Shown here one piece after another: positions 49,737 to 58,586 of a stretch of 64,000 nt of DNA. The position numbers and the translations under genes were made by a program. The stretch lies in contig CAWIIC010000014.1 of assembly GCA_963836045.1 (NCBI GenBank), positions 2,524 to 66,523 of the forward strand, read 5' to 3'. The notes below the pieces were generated by a model, which made no database searches, was not told where the DNA came from, and saw only the letters and a list, made by a program, of their open reading frames with translations. The stretch's first letter is position 1, and every line of letters starts with the position of its first letter. The stretch comes from an uncultured Pseudomonadota bacterium (GTDB taxonomy: Bacteria > Chloroflexota > UBA5177 > JAJPKF01).

Positions 49737-49903
49737 TTGATTCCTTCACATACTTAACTATTTACGACTTACTCTACACCAGCCACGCGTCCGTGTCCAG
49801 CGGGACAACATGAGCGCCCGGATAGGTGACGATACTGCCTTTGCGAGCCGTGACTCCGTCACCAAGAAATAATATATTAAGTGAAGGAAAGAATGGGGAC
49901 TGG

Positions 49904-52379
49904 ATGATTCGCCACCAACCCTTCGGCATTGAGGATCCCTATAACACTCAGCCGTGGGAGCGCTCTCCCCGGCAGCCACACGAGGGTGACGCAGTTACGG
50001 TTTACGCCGCCTGTGAACCTAACGCCCTCCTCACCTCGGTCGACGTCGAGGTCGAGACCAACCTGGGGCAGAACGACTGCGTCTCTGCCGTGCCTGCCCC
50101 ATTAGCCGGCGTCGACAATCGTTGGAAGGCTGAAATAGGGGCTTTTCGAAGGAGCGAAGTGGTTCGATATCGCTTCGTAACCGGCAGCTCCGACCGTTCC
50201 AGGTTGGCGACGGAATGGTTTAGCTTTCAAACACTCGGCTGGCGGTCTCTAAATCGCGTCTCTTCCTGGCGAGCCACGGACTCGCAGGTGCTGCTGACTC
50301 TGACCGATCGGAGCCGGACAATCACGACAGCATCATTCGAGGTGATTGCGGAGAGTGCTGTCCGGATCCGTTTCTGGACTTCCGCCGACGTTCATGTCGA
50401 GCCGACTCCGGCCGCTGCCCCCTGTCTCGTTACGGAAGTTGGCGATGCTCTGACAGTTACTGCCGGCGATGTACGTGTTCACATCGGCTTGGTCACGGGG
50501 GGCGTACGGATCGAATCGGTCCTTCCATCCGGAAAGCGCCTCTCGCTTTCGTCTGGGAGTCGGTCCCTACTGGAGTGGCTGGGTGCCGAAGGTGGCGCTC
50601 ATTCTGTCGGCGTGCACTTCGAGCTGTTTCCAGAGGAAGCGGTATACGGCACGGGCGAGCGTTTTGATAGCTTCGACCGTCGTGGTTTACGGTCCGATAA
50701 CCGAGTCTACGAACAGTACAAGAATCAGGGCTCTCGAACCTATATTCCCGTGCCGGTGGTCTTGTCGTCGCGCGGGTACGCTTTATTCGTTGACACCATG
50801 CGCCAGCTCTACAGTGATGCCGGGGCATCCGATCCGAACACTCTGAGAATAGAGGCCGATGTTGGCCGCGGGCCATCCCCGGGGATCGATCTCTACGCCT
50901 TTCTTGCCGCCTCGCCGCTCCAGGCACTCGAGGCTTATATTCGACACGCCGGCAAGCCGGCCCTCCCGCCGGACTGGGCGTTTGGACTGTGGATGAGCTC
51001 CAATGACTGGAACAGCCAGCAGCGCATATTGCGCGAGGTCCTTCGGGGAGACGAGGAAGGCATTCATGGTGACGTGGTCGTGATCGAAGCATGGAGCGAC
51101 GAGGAAACGTTCTACATCTGGAACGACGCTCAACACGACATTATTCCCCCAGATCGGCCTCCCTGCCTGTCTGACTTCACCTTCCTACGCGAAGGACGCT
51201 GGCCTGATCCTCAACACATGATTGAGTCACTGCACGCGACGGGCACGAAGGTCGTCCTTTGGCAGATCCCTCTGATGAAGCCGAGCGAGACGCTCGACGG
51301 TCAACAGTCCACTGATGTCCGGACTGTCACCGAGCGAAATTGGTGCGTAAAGGATTCGGACGATAACGCGTACCGGAATCCCAGCTCATGGTTCACCGGG
51401 GCCATTGTCCCCGACTTCACCAATCCGGAGGCCGTAGAATGGTGGCTCTCCCGGCGCCGCTATCTGATGGAGGAGCTGGACATCGACGGATTCAAAACCG
51501 ATGGCGGCGAACATCTATGGGGTGCCGGCCTGCGATTTGATGACGGCCGAAGGGGTGATGAGGTAATCAACGCCTTCCCAGTGCTCTATGCGGCGGCGTA
51601 CCATAAGCTGCTTCGCGAACTGCGGACGCGACGGCATGACCTTCAGCCGGGCAGGGTATGCCGGCAGCCAACTGTACCCGGCTCATTGGGCTGGTGACGA
51701 AAACTCCACCTGGGACGCCTTCCGTCACTCCATCACGGCCGGGCTCTCGGCCGGCGCCTCCGGCATCCCGTTTTGGGGTTGGGACATTGCCGGCTTCAGC
51801 GAAGAGATACCTTCCAGTGAGTTATACCGACGTGCCTGGATGATGTCTGCCTTCTGCCCGATCATGCAGTATCACAGTGAGTTCAATGCCAACCGCGCTC
51901 CCTCTCGGGACCGCACCCCCTGGAACATCGCCGAGCGAACTGAGGATCCCGGCTTGCTTGCGGTTTGTCGGTATTATCTGGCGATTCGCAAGTGGCTGAT
52001 GCCGTACGTATTGAGCGAAGCCAGGCACAGTGCGGCCACGGGGCGACCGCTCATGTGCGCTCTCTCCCTCGAATACCACGACGACCTGCAAACGCGGCTG
52101 TACCCATATGAATACCTGTTTGGTCGCGATCTTCTGGTTGCGCCGACCGTAGTTGAGGGTTGCACCGAACAAAGGGTGTATCTGCCGCGGGGCGAATGGC
52201 GGCATCTGGAAAACGGGTCACGGCAGGACGGCCCTATCGAGCTGACCCTGAATGTCCCTCTGGACTACATACCCGTGTACGTTCGAAACGACGCGGGTCC
52301 TCCTCTCGATGTTCCCTTGCACGGGATGCGCGTGGGCGGCAATTTGTTCGATGAGGACCGCCAGCATGCCAACCGTTGA
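49904..52379 (+). CDS. GH31 glycosidase of the cycloalternan-degrading (alpha-1,3-isomaltosidase) type; one frameshift near 51623
   Basis: MIRHQPFGIEDPY N-terminus, EQYKNQG, WMSSNDWNSQ, IEAWSDE and GFKTDGGEH. WAGDENST and WDIAGF follow in the next frame. Confidence 0.82.
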
Positions 52380-52451
52380 ATGGCTTGATCCTAGTACGCT
52401 AGGCTTTGCCAGCCACTTGGCGGAGCGAATCCATGGTCGAAGCTGACACAT

Positions 52452-52793
52452 ATGCCTAAGCCGTCCCTCGAATTCAATCTGCCGGATTCGGTCTGGACAC
52501 CTTCCACAGTCCTCGATGGTGTATGGGAGCGCAAGCTCGCTGAGGACGCGACGACAGGCGAATACACCGGGCTCATCCGATACGAGCCCGCCGTCGACAC
52601 CTCGTCTCTTGGCATCCGAGCCCATCCGTACTGGGAAGAGGTCTACATTCTCGAGGGAGATCTGACCGATCTTGGTCTCGGTAAGACGTTTACGGCTGGT
52701 ATGTACGCTTGCCGCCCTCCGTATATGCCTCATGGTCCCTGGCGTACGGATTCGGGCGTCCTTATGCTGGAGTTCCGCTACCCGGGGAAGTAG
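52452..52793 (+). CDS. Cupin-domain protein (ChrR-like)
   Basis: HPYWEEVYILEG and GMYACRPPYMPHGPW. Confidence 0.85.
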   Translation: MPKPSLEFNLPDSVWTPSTVLDGVWERKLAEDATTGEYTGLIRYEPAVDTSSLGIRAHPYWEEVYILEGDLTDLGLGKTFTAGMYACRPPYMPHGPWRTDSGVLMLEFRYPGK

Positions 52794-52886
52794 CGATGCG
52801 GCGCCGGTGCGATACTTAGGCTAACCGCATGTGGCAAGGGGGACTGCCCCATTGACCCTACTCCCTCTAACCTGCGATCATGAGGT

Positions 52887-53157
52887 GATCGTGCTAGGCG
52901 GGGAGCTAGCGGTGCCCTGAACCCGCAATCCGCTATAGCGGGGCGTAATTCCGCACTTGAGGCCTGGCCCATCCAATACTGCTCGTTCTGCTTAACGTTG
53001 ACTCGTCGGGTTCTGCGCGGCGGAGCCCCGTGAACCCCGTCAGATCTGGAAGGAAGCAGCGGTAAGCGGCAAGCCCCGGGTGACGCAGAGTAGCCTGACG
53101 TGAGTTGGCAGTTCGAGTAAGGTGAGTGGGCTCTTGTCGAGAGTGCGGTGCACGGTC
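52887..53157 (+). ncRNA. ffs: Large (Bacillus-type) signal recognition particle RNA
   Basis: Alu-domain motif GGGGAGCTAGCGGTGCCCTG..GCAATCCGC and helix 8 TCAGATCTGGAAGGAAGCAGC. The ends GATCGTGC and GCACGGTC pair. A TTGACC-N18-GATCAT promoter lies upstream. Confidence 0.93.
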
Positions 53158-53247
53158 GCTTTTTCCTTACGTCTTCCATCGATACGAGTTAAGGCGAGCC
53201 AGTAGCTGCACTGAAGACGTGACCGTGAGGTCGCGTCCACTTCTTCG

Positions 53248-54090
53248 CTAGGCTCTCCGTGATTCTTCCGCCGTCCTGGCCAGCAGACGCTTGGGCGCTC
53301 CGGTGAAGATCGAAATGCCGATACCGAGAAAAAGGATCCACACCGCGAGCTGGAGCGGAGTCGGCGCCGCTGCGTATCCCAACAGCCCATGAAGAACATC
53401 GCCCAAGCCACTGTCCTCAGATAGCCACTGTCCGGTGTTCCATAGCGCCTGACCGGCTCCCGGCAGCACCCCAAGCGACTGCAAGTTCTCTACTGCGTTT
53501 GCCAGTAGTCCCGCGGCCACTACCAACAGCGCCACTCCAAGCACGTTAAACAAACGTTTCAGATTGATTTTCAAGCCGGCTCGGTACATGGCCACACTGG
53601 CCCCTAATCCGGCGGTAAGGCCCAGAAGCGCGCCGGCCAGCAGCTGAGGGCCCGAAGTACTGAATGCTATCGCCAGCGTGAATATCGCCGTCTCGATCGC
53701 CTCCCGTCCCACTGTGAAGAATGCGACCCCGGCCAGGGCAAAGCCAGAACCGCCCACCAGAGCCGCGTTCAGCTCTCCCTTAACCGAAGAGCTGAGAGTT
53801 CTGCTGTGACGTTTCATCCAGAACGTCATATAGGTCAGAATCACAACCGCCACAATGAATGTCACGGTCTCAAACCATGTTTGGGCCGTGGATCCGACGA
53901 ATGTATCCTTGACGAGCGCGTACAGAATCGCGGCAACGAGCGCCGACCCCGCCAATGCAGCGGCCACCCCGGCGAACACCCATTTGAACAAATCTCGCCG
54001 GCCGGCCGACGCCAGATAGGTCAGTATGATCGCCACGATCATACTGCCTTCGATTGACTCCCGCAGGAATATCAGAAAGCTGCCGATCAA
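53248..54090 (-). CDS. FTR1/EfeU-family iron permease
   Basis: Two RExxE motifs (RESIE, REAIE), MTFWM and LLGY. Confidence 0.93.
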   Translation of the reverse strand: MIGSFLIFLRESIEGSMIVAIILTYLASAGRRDLFKWVFAGVAAALAGSALVAAILYALVKDTFVGSTAQTWFETVTFIVAVVILTYMTFWMKRHSRTLSSSVKGELNAALVGGSGFALAGVAFFTVGREAIETAIFTLAIAFSTSGPQLLAGALLGLTAGLGASVAMYRAGLKINLKRLFNVLGVALLVVAAGLLANAVENLQSLGVLPGAGQALWNTGQWLSEDSGLGDVLHGLLGYAAAPTPLQLAVWILFLGIGISIFTGAPKRLLARTAEESRRA

Positions 54091-54794
54091 GCGGCTTCTC
54101 CTGGTCGGTTCCCCTTCTCGTCGCTCGACGATTTGACCCAGATCTTGTCCGCCAGGTCATGCTCGAGCTCGTGCTCTGAACCGCGGCTGCTGTATCGCGT
54201 GGCTGACCCGCTCTCCCTCGAGAGAATTTTGATCTCGTATCCCGGCACGATCTGCTTGTTCATCAGCCGGTCGAGCAGTGCTGACTCGTCCTCGACCACC
54301 TCTGATATCGAGACCACTTCAACTGAGGCTCCCGCTTCGGCCTGGCTGAGTCGGAACGCGCTCTGGCCCCGGAGGTATTCGATGCCCGATGGGGCGTTTC
54401 CGGGAATCGGATTACCGTGCGGACACGTTGTCGGACGGCCCAGCAACGTGGAAATTCGCTCTTCCACCTCCGGAGATATCCAATGCTCCAGAGCGTGCGC
54501 CTGCTCGTGGGCCGAGATGAAGTCCATCCCCAGCACATCGAACATAAGCCGCTCCGCCAGGCGGTGGCGGCGCAGTAGATCTTCAGTTTGCCGCTCACCC
54601 TCCGGTGTCAGCCGAACTCCTTCTGCCCGATCCTGAATGACCAGCCCGTCTGCGGCAAGCTTCTGTAGGGTCTGGGTTGCCGTCGGCCGGCTGACCTTGA
54701 ACTTCTCCGCCAGGTCGACAGGACGCACGCGTCCCTCTTCCATGACGACGTTGTAGATCATCTCCAGATAAGACTCTTCAACGGGGCTCGACAA
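54087..54794 (-). CDS. DtxR/MntR-family metal-dependent repressor with FeoA domain
   Basis: EESYLEMIY, RRHRLAER, HEQAHALEH and TCPHGNPIP. Confidence 0.95.
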   Translation of the reverse strand: MSSPVEESYLEMIYNVVMEEGRVRPVDLAEKFKVSRPTATQTLQKLAADGLVIQDRAEGVRLTPEGERQTEDLLRRHRLAERLMFDVLGMDFISAHEQAHALEHWISPEVEERISTLLGRPTTCPHGNPIPGNAPSGIEYLRGQSAFRLSQAEAGASVEVVSISEVVEDESALLDRLMNKQIVPGYEIKILSRESGSATRYSSRGSEHELEHDLADKIWVKSSSDEKGNRPGEAA

Positions 54795-54810
54795 TCCGCA
54801 TCCACCTTTT

Positions 54811-54827
54811 GTTAGGGCGTGTCTAAC
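54811..54827. promoter_or_regulatory. Candidate DtxR/MntR-type operator
   Basis: Palindrome GTTAG-N7-CTAAC, 16 bp upstream of the regulator start. Confidence 0.5.
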
Positions 54828-54870
54828 TCAACCTAGCAGGACCGAGACATCTCTGACAAGTTCGGTCAGA

Positions 54871-55620
54871 TTAACGTTGGCCCAGCATCCCGCCGCTTCT
54901 CCCGTGCCGTACGGCGGTAATCTCCGCCAGAATAGCCAGAGCCGTCTCCTCGGCCGATCGCCCACCGAGGTCGAGTCCGACCGGTCCGTGGATTTTTCCA
55001 ATTTGATCCGCGGTGTAACCCTTTTCTCGCAAGCGCTCCCGTCGCATCTCCTGAGTTCTTCGAGAACCGATTGCTCCCACGTACTGCACGTGGCTCGGGA
55101 GTACGCAGTCCAACGTGGGCTCGTCGAACTTCGGGTCGTGGCTCAGGAGGACTATGTAGGTCGCCTCGTCGAGCCGTAAGCCAGGCAAAACGTCTTGTGG
55201 CCAGCCCTTGAGAACCACATCGGCCGCCGGAAATCGCTCCTCTGTGGCGAACGCGGCTCGAGCGTCGGTTACGATGACCCTGTAACCGAGCTCCTTTGCC
55301 AGTCGACAGAGCGATTGCGCCGTCTGGACGGCGCCGACGATGATGATCGCCGGCACCACCGGATACGCATCGAAGAAGACTTCGTACGCTTTTCCGTCTC
55401 GTTCATACCGCCTGCAGTCCGACTGACCGAGACCCAGAAGCTCGCGAGCGTCGCGCGAGACTTCCTCCACTATGTCAGGCACTCCGAGATCGCCCTCGAT
55501 CTGACCATCCGTACGCACGATTGCCTTACGTCCAATCATGTCCGGCCCGGCCACGACCGTTGCCATCACAACCGGCCGCTCCGCCTCGATATGGGCGTAC
55601 AGGCGCTCAAACAGATCCAT
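54871..55620 (-). CDS. XdhC/CoxI-family molybdoenzyme accessory protein
   Basis: DARAAFAT, SHDPKFD, YVGAIGSRR, GPVGLDLG and ETALAILAEI. Confidence 0.92.
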   Translation of the reverse strand: MDLFERLYAHIEAERPVVMATVVAGPDMIGRKAIVRTDGQIEGDLGVPDIVEEVSRDARELLGLGQSDCRRYERDGKAYEVFFDAYPVVPAIIIVGAVQTAQSLCRLAKELGYRVIVTDARAAFATEERFPAADVVLKGWPQDVLPGLRLDEATYIVLLSHDPKFDEPTLDCVLPSHVQYVGAIGSRRTQEMRRERLREKGYTADQIGKIHGPVGLDLGGRSAEETALAILAEITAVRHGRSGGMLGQR

Positions 55621-56083
55621 TTTGACTCCCGACCGAGTCTATCAACGCACAATCCTATGACTCGTTAGCATGCTTGAGGCCAAACGCGGAACCGCTCCGG
55701 CATCCTTTCCAAGCCTTACGCAGATAGATTCCGAGCGCCGCCTCGGCCCGCCGGACGGGGCGTTGAAAGAATCGTTCAGGGGTAGCCGCCGCCTATTCGC
55801 GCCCGACCGAGGCGAACGTCGCGCGAGGATCGCGGTCGACGCCATAGCTGCCGATAACACCGCAGTAGACCTTCAAAGCAGCGCGAACAGAGCCCTCCGA
55901 CGTGCTATCGTTCTAACCTCCATTTCTGGCGCCGTTGTTGGCCTCCCGGCGATCGCGGAAAGTGTTCGTCTGTTCGTCAGCTATATAGGAGGAATAAAAG
56001 AACAAACTATCGATACTCTGCTCCCGCCTCCATCTCATTTTTGGGGTGATGCGATGCCGCCCCTGCCCAACGGATCAATCAGT

Positions 56084-57124
56084 CTATTTGAAAGCCCCAG
56101 GATGCAGGATCTTCGCGACGTGCTCGAGCCCGATGATCTCGCGCGGGCCGGCCCGGCTAACCAGGTCGTCGTCGAATGCATAGATTCGATTGTGCTTCAC
56201 TGCGTCAATTAAGCTCCAGCCATTGCGTGCCTTAACCTGACCGGCGGTTGTCCCGTAGTTGGAATCACCCAACAAGATATATTGAGGATTCTGTTTGATC
56301 AGAGCTTCTGTGCTCATCTGGGGGTAGGGATCAGCCTTCGGACACGGTTGGACATTGTGAGCAACGTTCACCGCTTTTGCCTGCGAGAGCATCTGATCGA
56401 TGAAGCTGCCGGCGCAGGCCGTGTACGGAGAGCCGGAGCTGTCGTCGATCTCGTAAAAGACCCGTGGTCTCGAGTGGACGGGTGCCAGCCGCTTCTTCAA
56501 CGTCCGAAACCGTCCAGTGATCGCCCGCAAGACGACGGTTGCCTGATTGACCTGGCCGGTTATGCGTCCTACGAGCTTAATGTCGTGCTCGATTCCGGCA
56601 AACGTGTGCGGATCCAGGACCACGACTTTTAGCCCCAGGCTTCGCATTTTTTGAATGGCTGACTCGTCGCTGTTCAGGCTCAACACGAGATCCGGCCTCT
56701 TCTTGACTACTAGCTCCACATCGAATGGGTGCGCCGGATCGTATCCGCCCTCAATATGCGCCAGCTTCTTTGCCCGACTCGGATAGTCGGCTCCCCACGG
56801 TGAGGGCCATTGTTTTGGATAGCTGAATCTTTTGGCACAGCAGAAAGCTCCTTCGTCGGCCTTGCCGCCATCGGCGACGATCCGTCGCTCGAGGTTGAGG
56901 GCAAAGAGTGTCTCGGTATCCCGCGGGTCGAGGCTGATCAGCCGGCCGGGGCGTTTGGCAATCGTAACCACCGCTCCAGTGTCGTCTCGAATCGTGACCG
57001 GAAAGAGGGGCTTCTGATGTCTACTTGATCCGTATGGGATGCCGTGAGCCGACACTCCGTACGCCGTCCCGAGCAGACCAAGTGTCATGAGTATTGCCGC
57101 CACAACGCGCATGTAGGGTCGCAT
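56084..57124 (-). CDS. btuF: Cobalamin ABC transporter substrate-binding protein (BtuF-like)
   Basis: FPVTIRDDTG, RLISL..TETLFAL, PDLVL, SFIDQM and SRAGPR. A cobalamin riboswitch lies upstream. Confidence 0.8.
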   Translation of the reverse strand: MRPYMRVVAAILMTLGLLGTAYGVSAHGIPYGSSRHQKPLFPVTIRDDTGAVVTIAKRPGRLISLDPRDTETLFALNLERRIVADGGKADEGAFCCAKRFSYPKQWPSPWGADYPSRAKKLAHIEGGYDPAHPFDVELVVKKRPDLVLSLNSDESAIQKMRSLGLKVVVLDPHTFAGIEHDIKLVGRITGQVNQATVVLRAITGRFRTLKKRLAPVHSRPRVFYEIDDSSGSPYTACAGSFIDQMLSQAKAVNVAHNVQPCPKADPYPQMSTEALIKQNPQYILLGDSNYGTTAGQVKARNGWSLIDAVKHNRIYAFDDDLVSRAGPREIIGLEHVAKILHPGAFK

Positions 57125-57172
57125 GGTTGTTATTCTCCTGTGTCTGCCATAGTGGACGAAAATAGAAGCGAT

Positions 57173-57204
57173 AAGAAAAACCCCTGCTCCGTCGGAGCAG
57201 GGGC
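57173..57204 (-). terminator. Riboswitch expression-platform terminator
   Basis: The minus strand reads CCCCTGCTCC-GAC-GGAGCAGGGG-TTTTTCTT. Confidence 0.85.
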
Positions 57205-57224
57205 TATGTTGGCGGCGAGTTCAT

Positions 57225-57367
57225 ATGCCACTCCCTTTCCTTCGAAGGTGACGACGGCTGCCGCGGAGGAGGTTTTCTGACTCGGATTTGACGCCTTCCG
57301 GCGACATCTCCATACAGTAGCGAGGACTGTGCCGGCCTCTCACCGGCTTACCCTTGGTCTCCGCGAT
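57225..57367 (-). promoter_or_regulatory. Cobalamin riboswitch (short form)
   Basis: The minus strand reads AAGGGTAAGCCGGTGAGAGGCCGGCACAGTCCTCGCTACTGTA..GAGTCAGAAAACCT, with a CGCGGAG/CTCCGCG closing helix. Confidence 0.88.
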
Positions 57368-57457
57368 ATTCGGTTGTGTTTTATCCTATACCCACGCCTT
57401 CATAGTCTGCTGTCCCGGGAAGGAAGGTAGACACCGAAGCAGGGATCAAACCTTGCC

Positions 57458-58450
57458 ATGGTGCTCTTCTTCTGCCACGGTGCGCCTCTTGGCGTGCGAA
57501 ATTTCACCGTATTGGAGGAGAAGCCGCTGTTCCAGCATCTGCACAAATCGAACTTTCATGGCGCGCCTTTCCAGCACGTTGCCGTTCCCGATCCGGTGTC
57601 CACTCTCATGCCTCAGCTCCACCGCCGCCACTATGCCCTTTTCTGGGGGGCAATGATCGGCGGATTTGCGGGACTAATCGGTTTGACCGACCTGACGATC
57701 CAGTCTCATAGCCGGACGGTTGAAGAGGTGTTTATCGTCGTTGGAAGTCTGTTGGTGCCGGTCCTCTTCGTGTACTATATGGACTTGCGAAGCCTTTTCG
57801 TTGAGCCCCGATTTCGCACTCTCTTCGGCGCATTCACGCTGGGAGCTATCATCGCCGTGCCTCTGGCCGGGATATTAGAGTACTTCTTGCCCGCGGGTAC
57901 CGGCTCTATCGGGCCCGCGTTCCTTACCGGATTTATCGAGGAAGGCTGCAAAGCCACGGCGCTATTCTGGCTGCTGCTTCGCCGTCATCGGTATCTGCGC
58001 TTTGAGATGGACGGTATCATCCTCGGCGCCGCCGCGGGTATGGGATTCGCCGCCTTTGAGGACATGCTGTACGGCGCGTCATCATTCCAGAATGGCGTGC
58101 ATGACGTTGTGCTCACTGTTTGGCTCCGGCAGCTGCTGGGTCCATTCGGCCATGGGACATGGACCGCCATCGTCGCCGGAGCCATATGGGCGGCCAAGGG
58201 ATCCGGCCGGCCGAGAATCACCTGGGGCGTGGTCGGCGCGTTTCTCGTGGCCGTAACTCTTCACGCTCTGTGGGACTGGGCTCCCCTACCCGGCCTCTGG
58301 GATCTTCTTTGGCTGCTGGGAGTTGGATTCGCCGGCCTGCTGATCCTGCGCTCCATGATTCATCAGGCCATAACCCAGGAAAAGAGCACAGTCGCGGGAG
58401 CCTCCCTGCGAATCGGTCAGCCCGAGCCAACGGGCCCACCAGGAGGCTAG
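57458..58450 (+). CDS. PrsW-family intramembrane metalloprotease
   Basis: IEEGCK, DGIILGAAAGMGFAAFED, HGTWT and LHALWD. The N-terminus is uncertain. Confidence 0.9.
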   Translation: MVLFFCHGAPLGVRNFTVLEEKPLFQHLHKSNFHGAPFQHVAVPDPVSTLMPQLHRRHYALFWGAMIGGFAGLIGLTDLTIQSHSRTVEEVFIVVGSLLVPVLFVYYMDLRSLFVEPRFRTLFGAFTLGAIIAVPLAGILEYFLPAGTGSIGPAFLTGFIEEGCKATALFWLLLRRHRYLRFEMDGIILGAAAGMGFAAFEDMLYGASSFQNGVHDVVLTVWLRQLLGPFGHGTWTAIVAGAIWAAKGSGRPRITWGVVGAFLVAVTLHALWDWAPLPGLWDLLWLLGVGFAGLLILRSMIHQAITQEKSTVAGASLRIGQPEPTGPPGG

Positions 58451-58586
58451 CCCCGCCACTAATCCCTTTCGTTCACCGTCTATCCATACCGCTCAGGCGG
58501 CCCATCTCCGAGAAGGCGATTACCACACCTTCAGAATCGACCGTCAAGGAGGAGCAATGTTTGGGTATCGGTCGGGAAAGGTCGTG

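Noticed and set aside
55670-56212. 180-aa plus-strand ORF
   Set aside because: It overlaps btuF in antisense, crosses promoter-like DNA and has no motifs.
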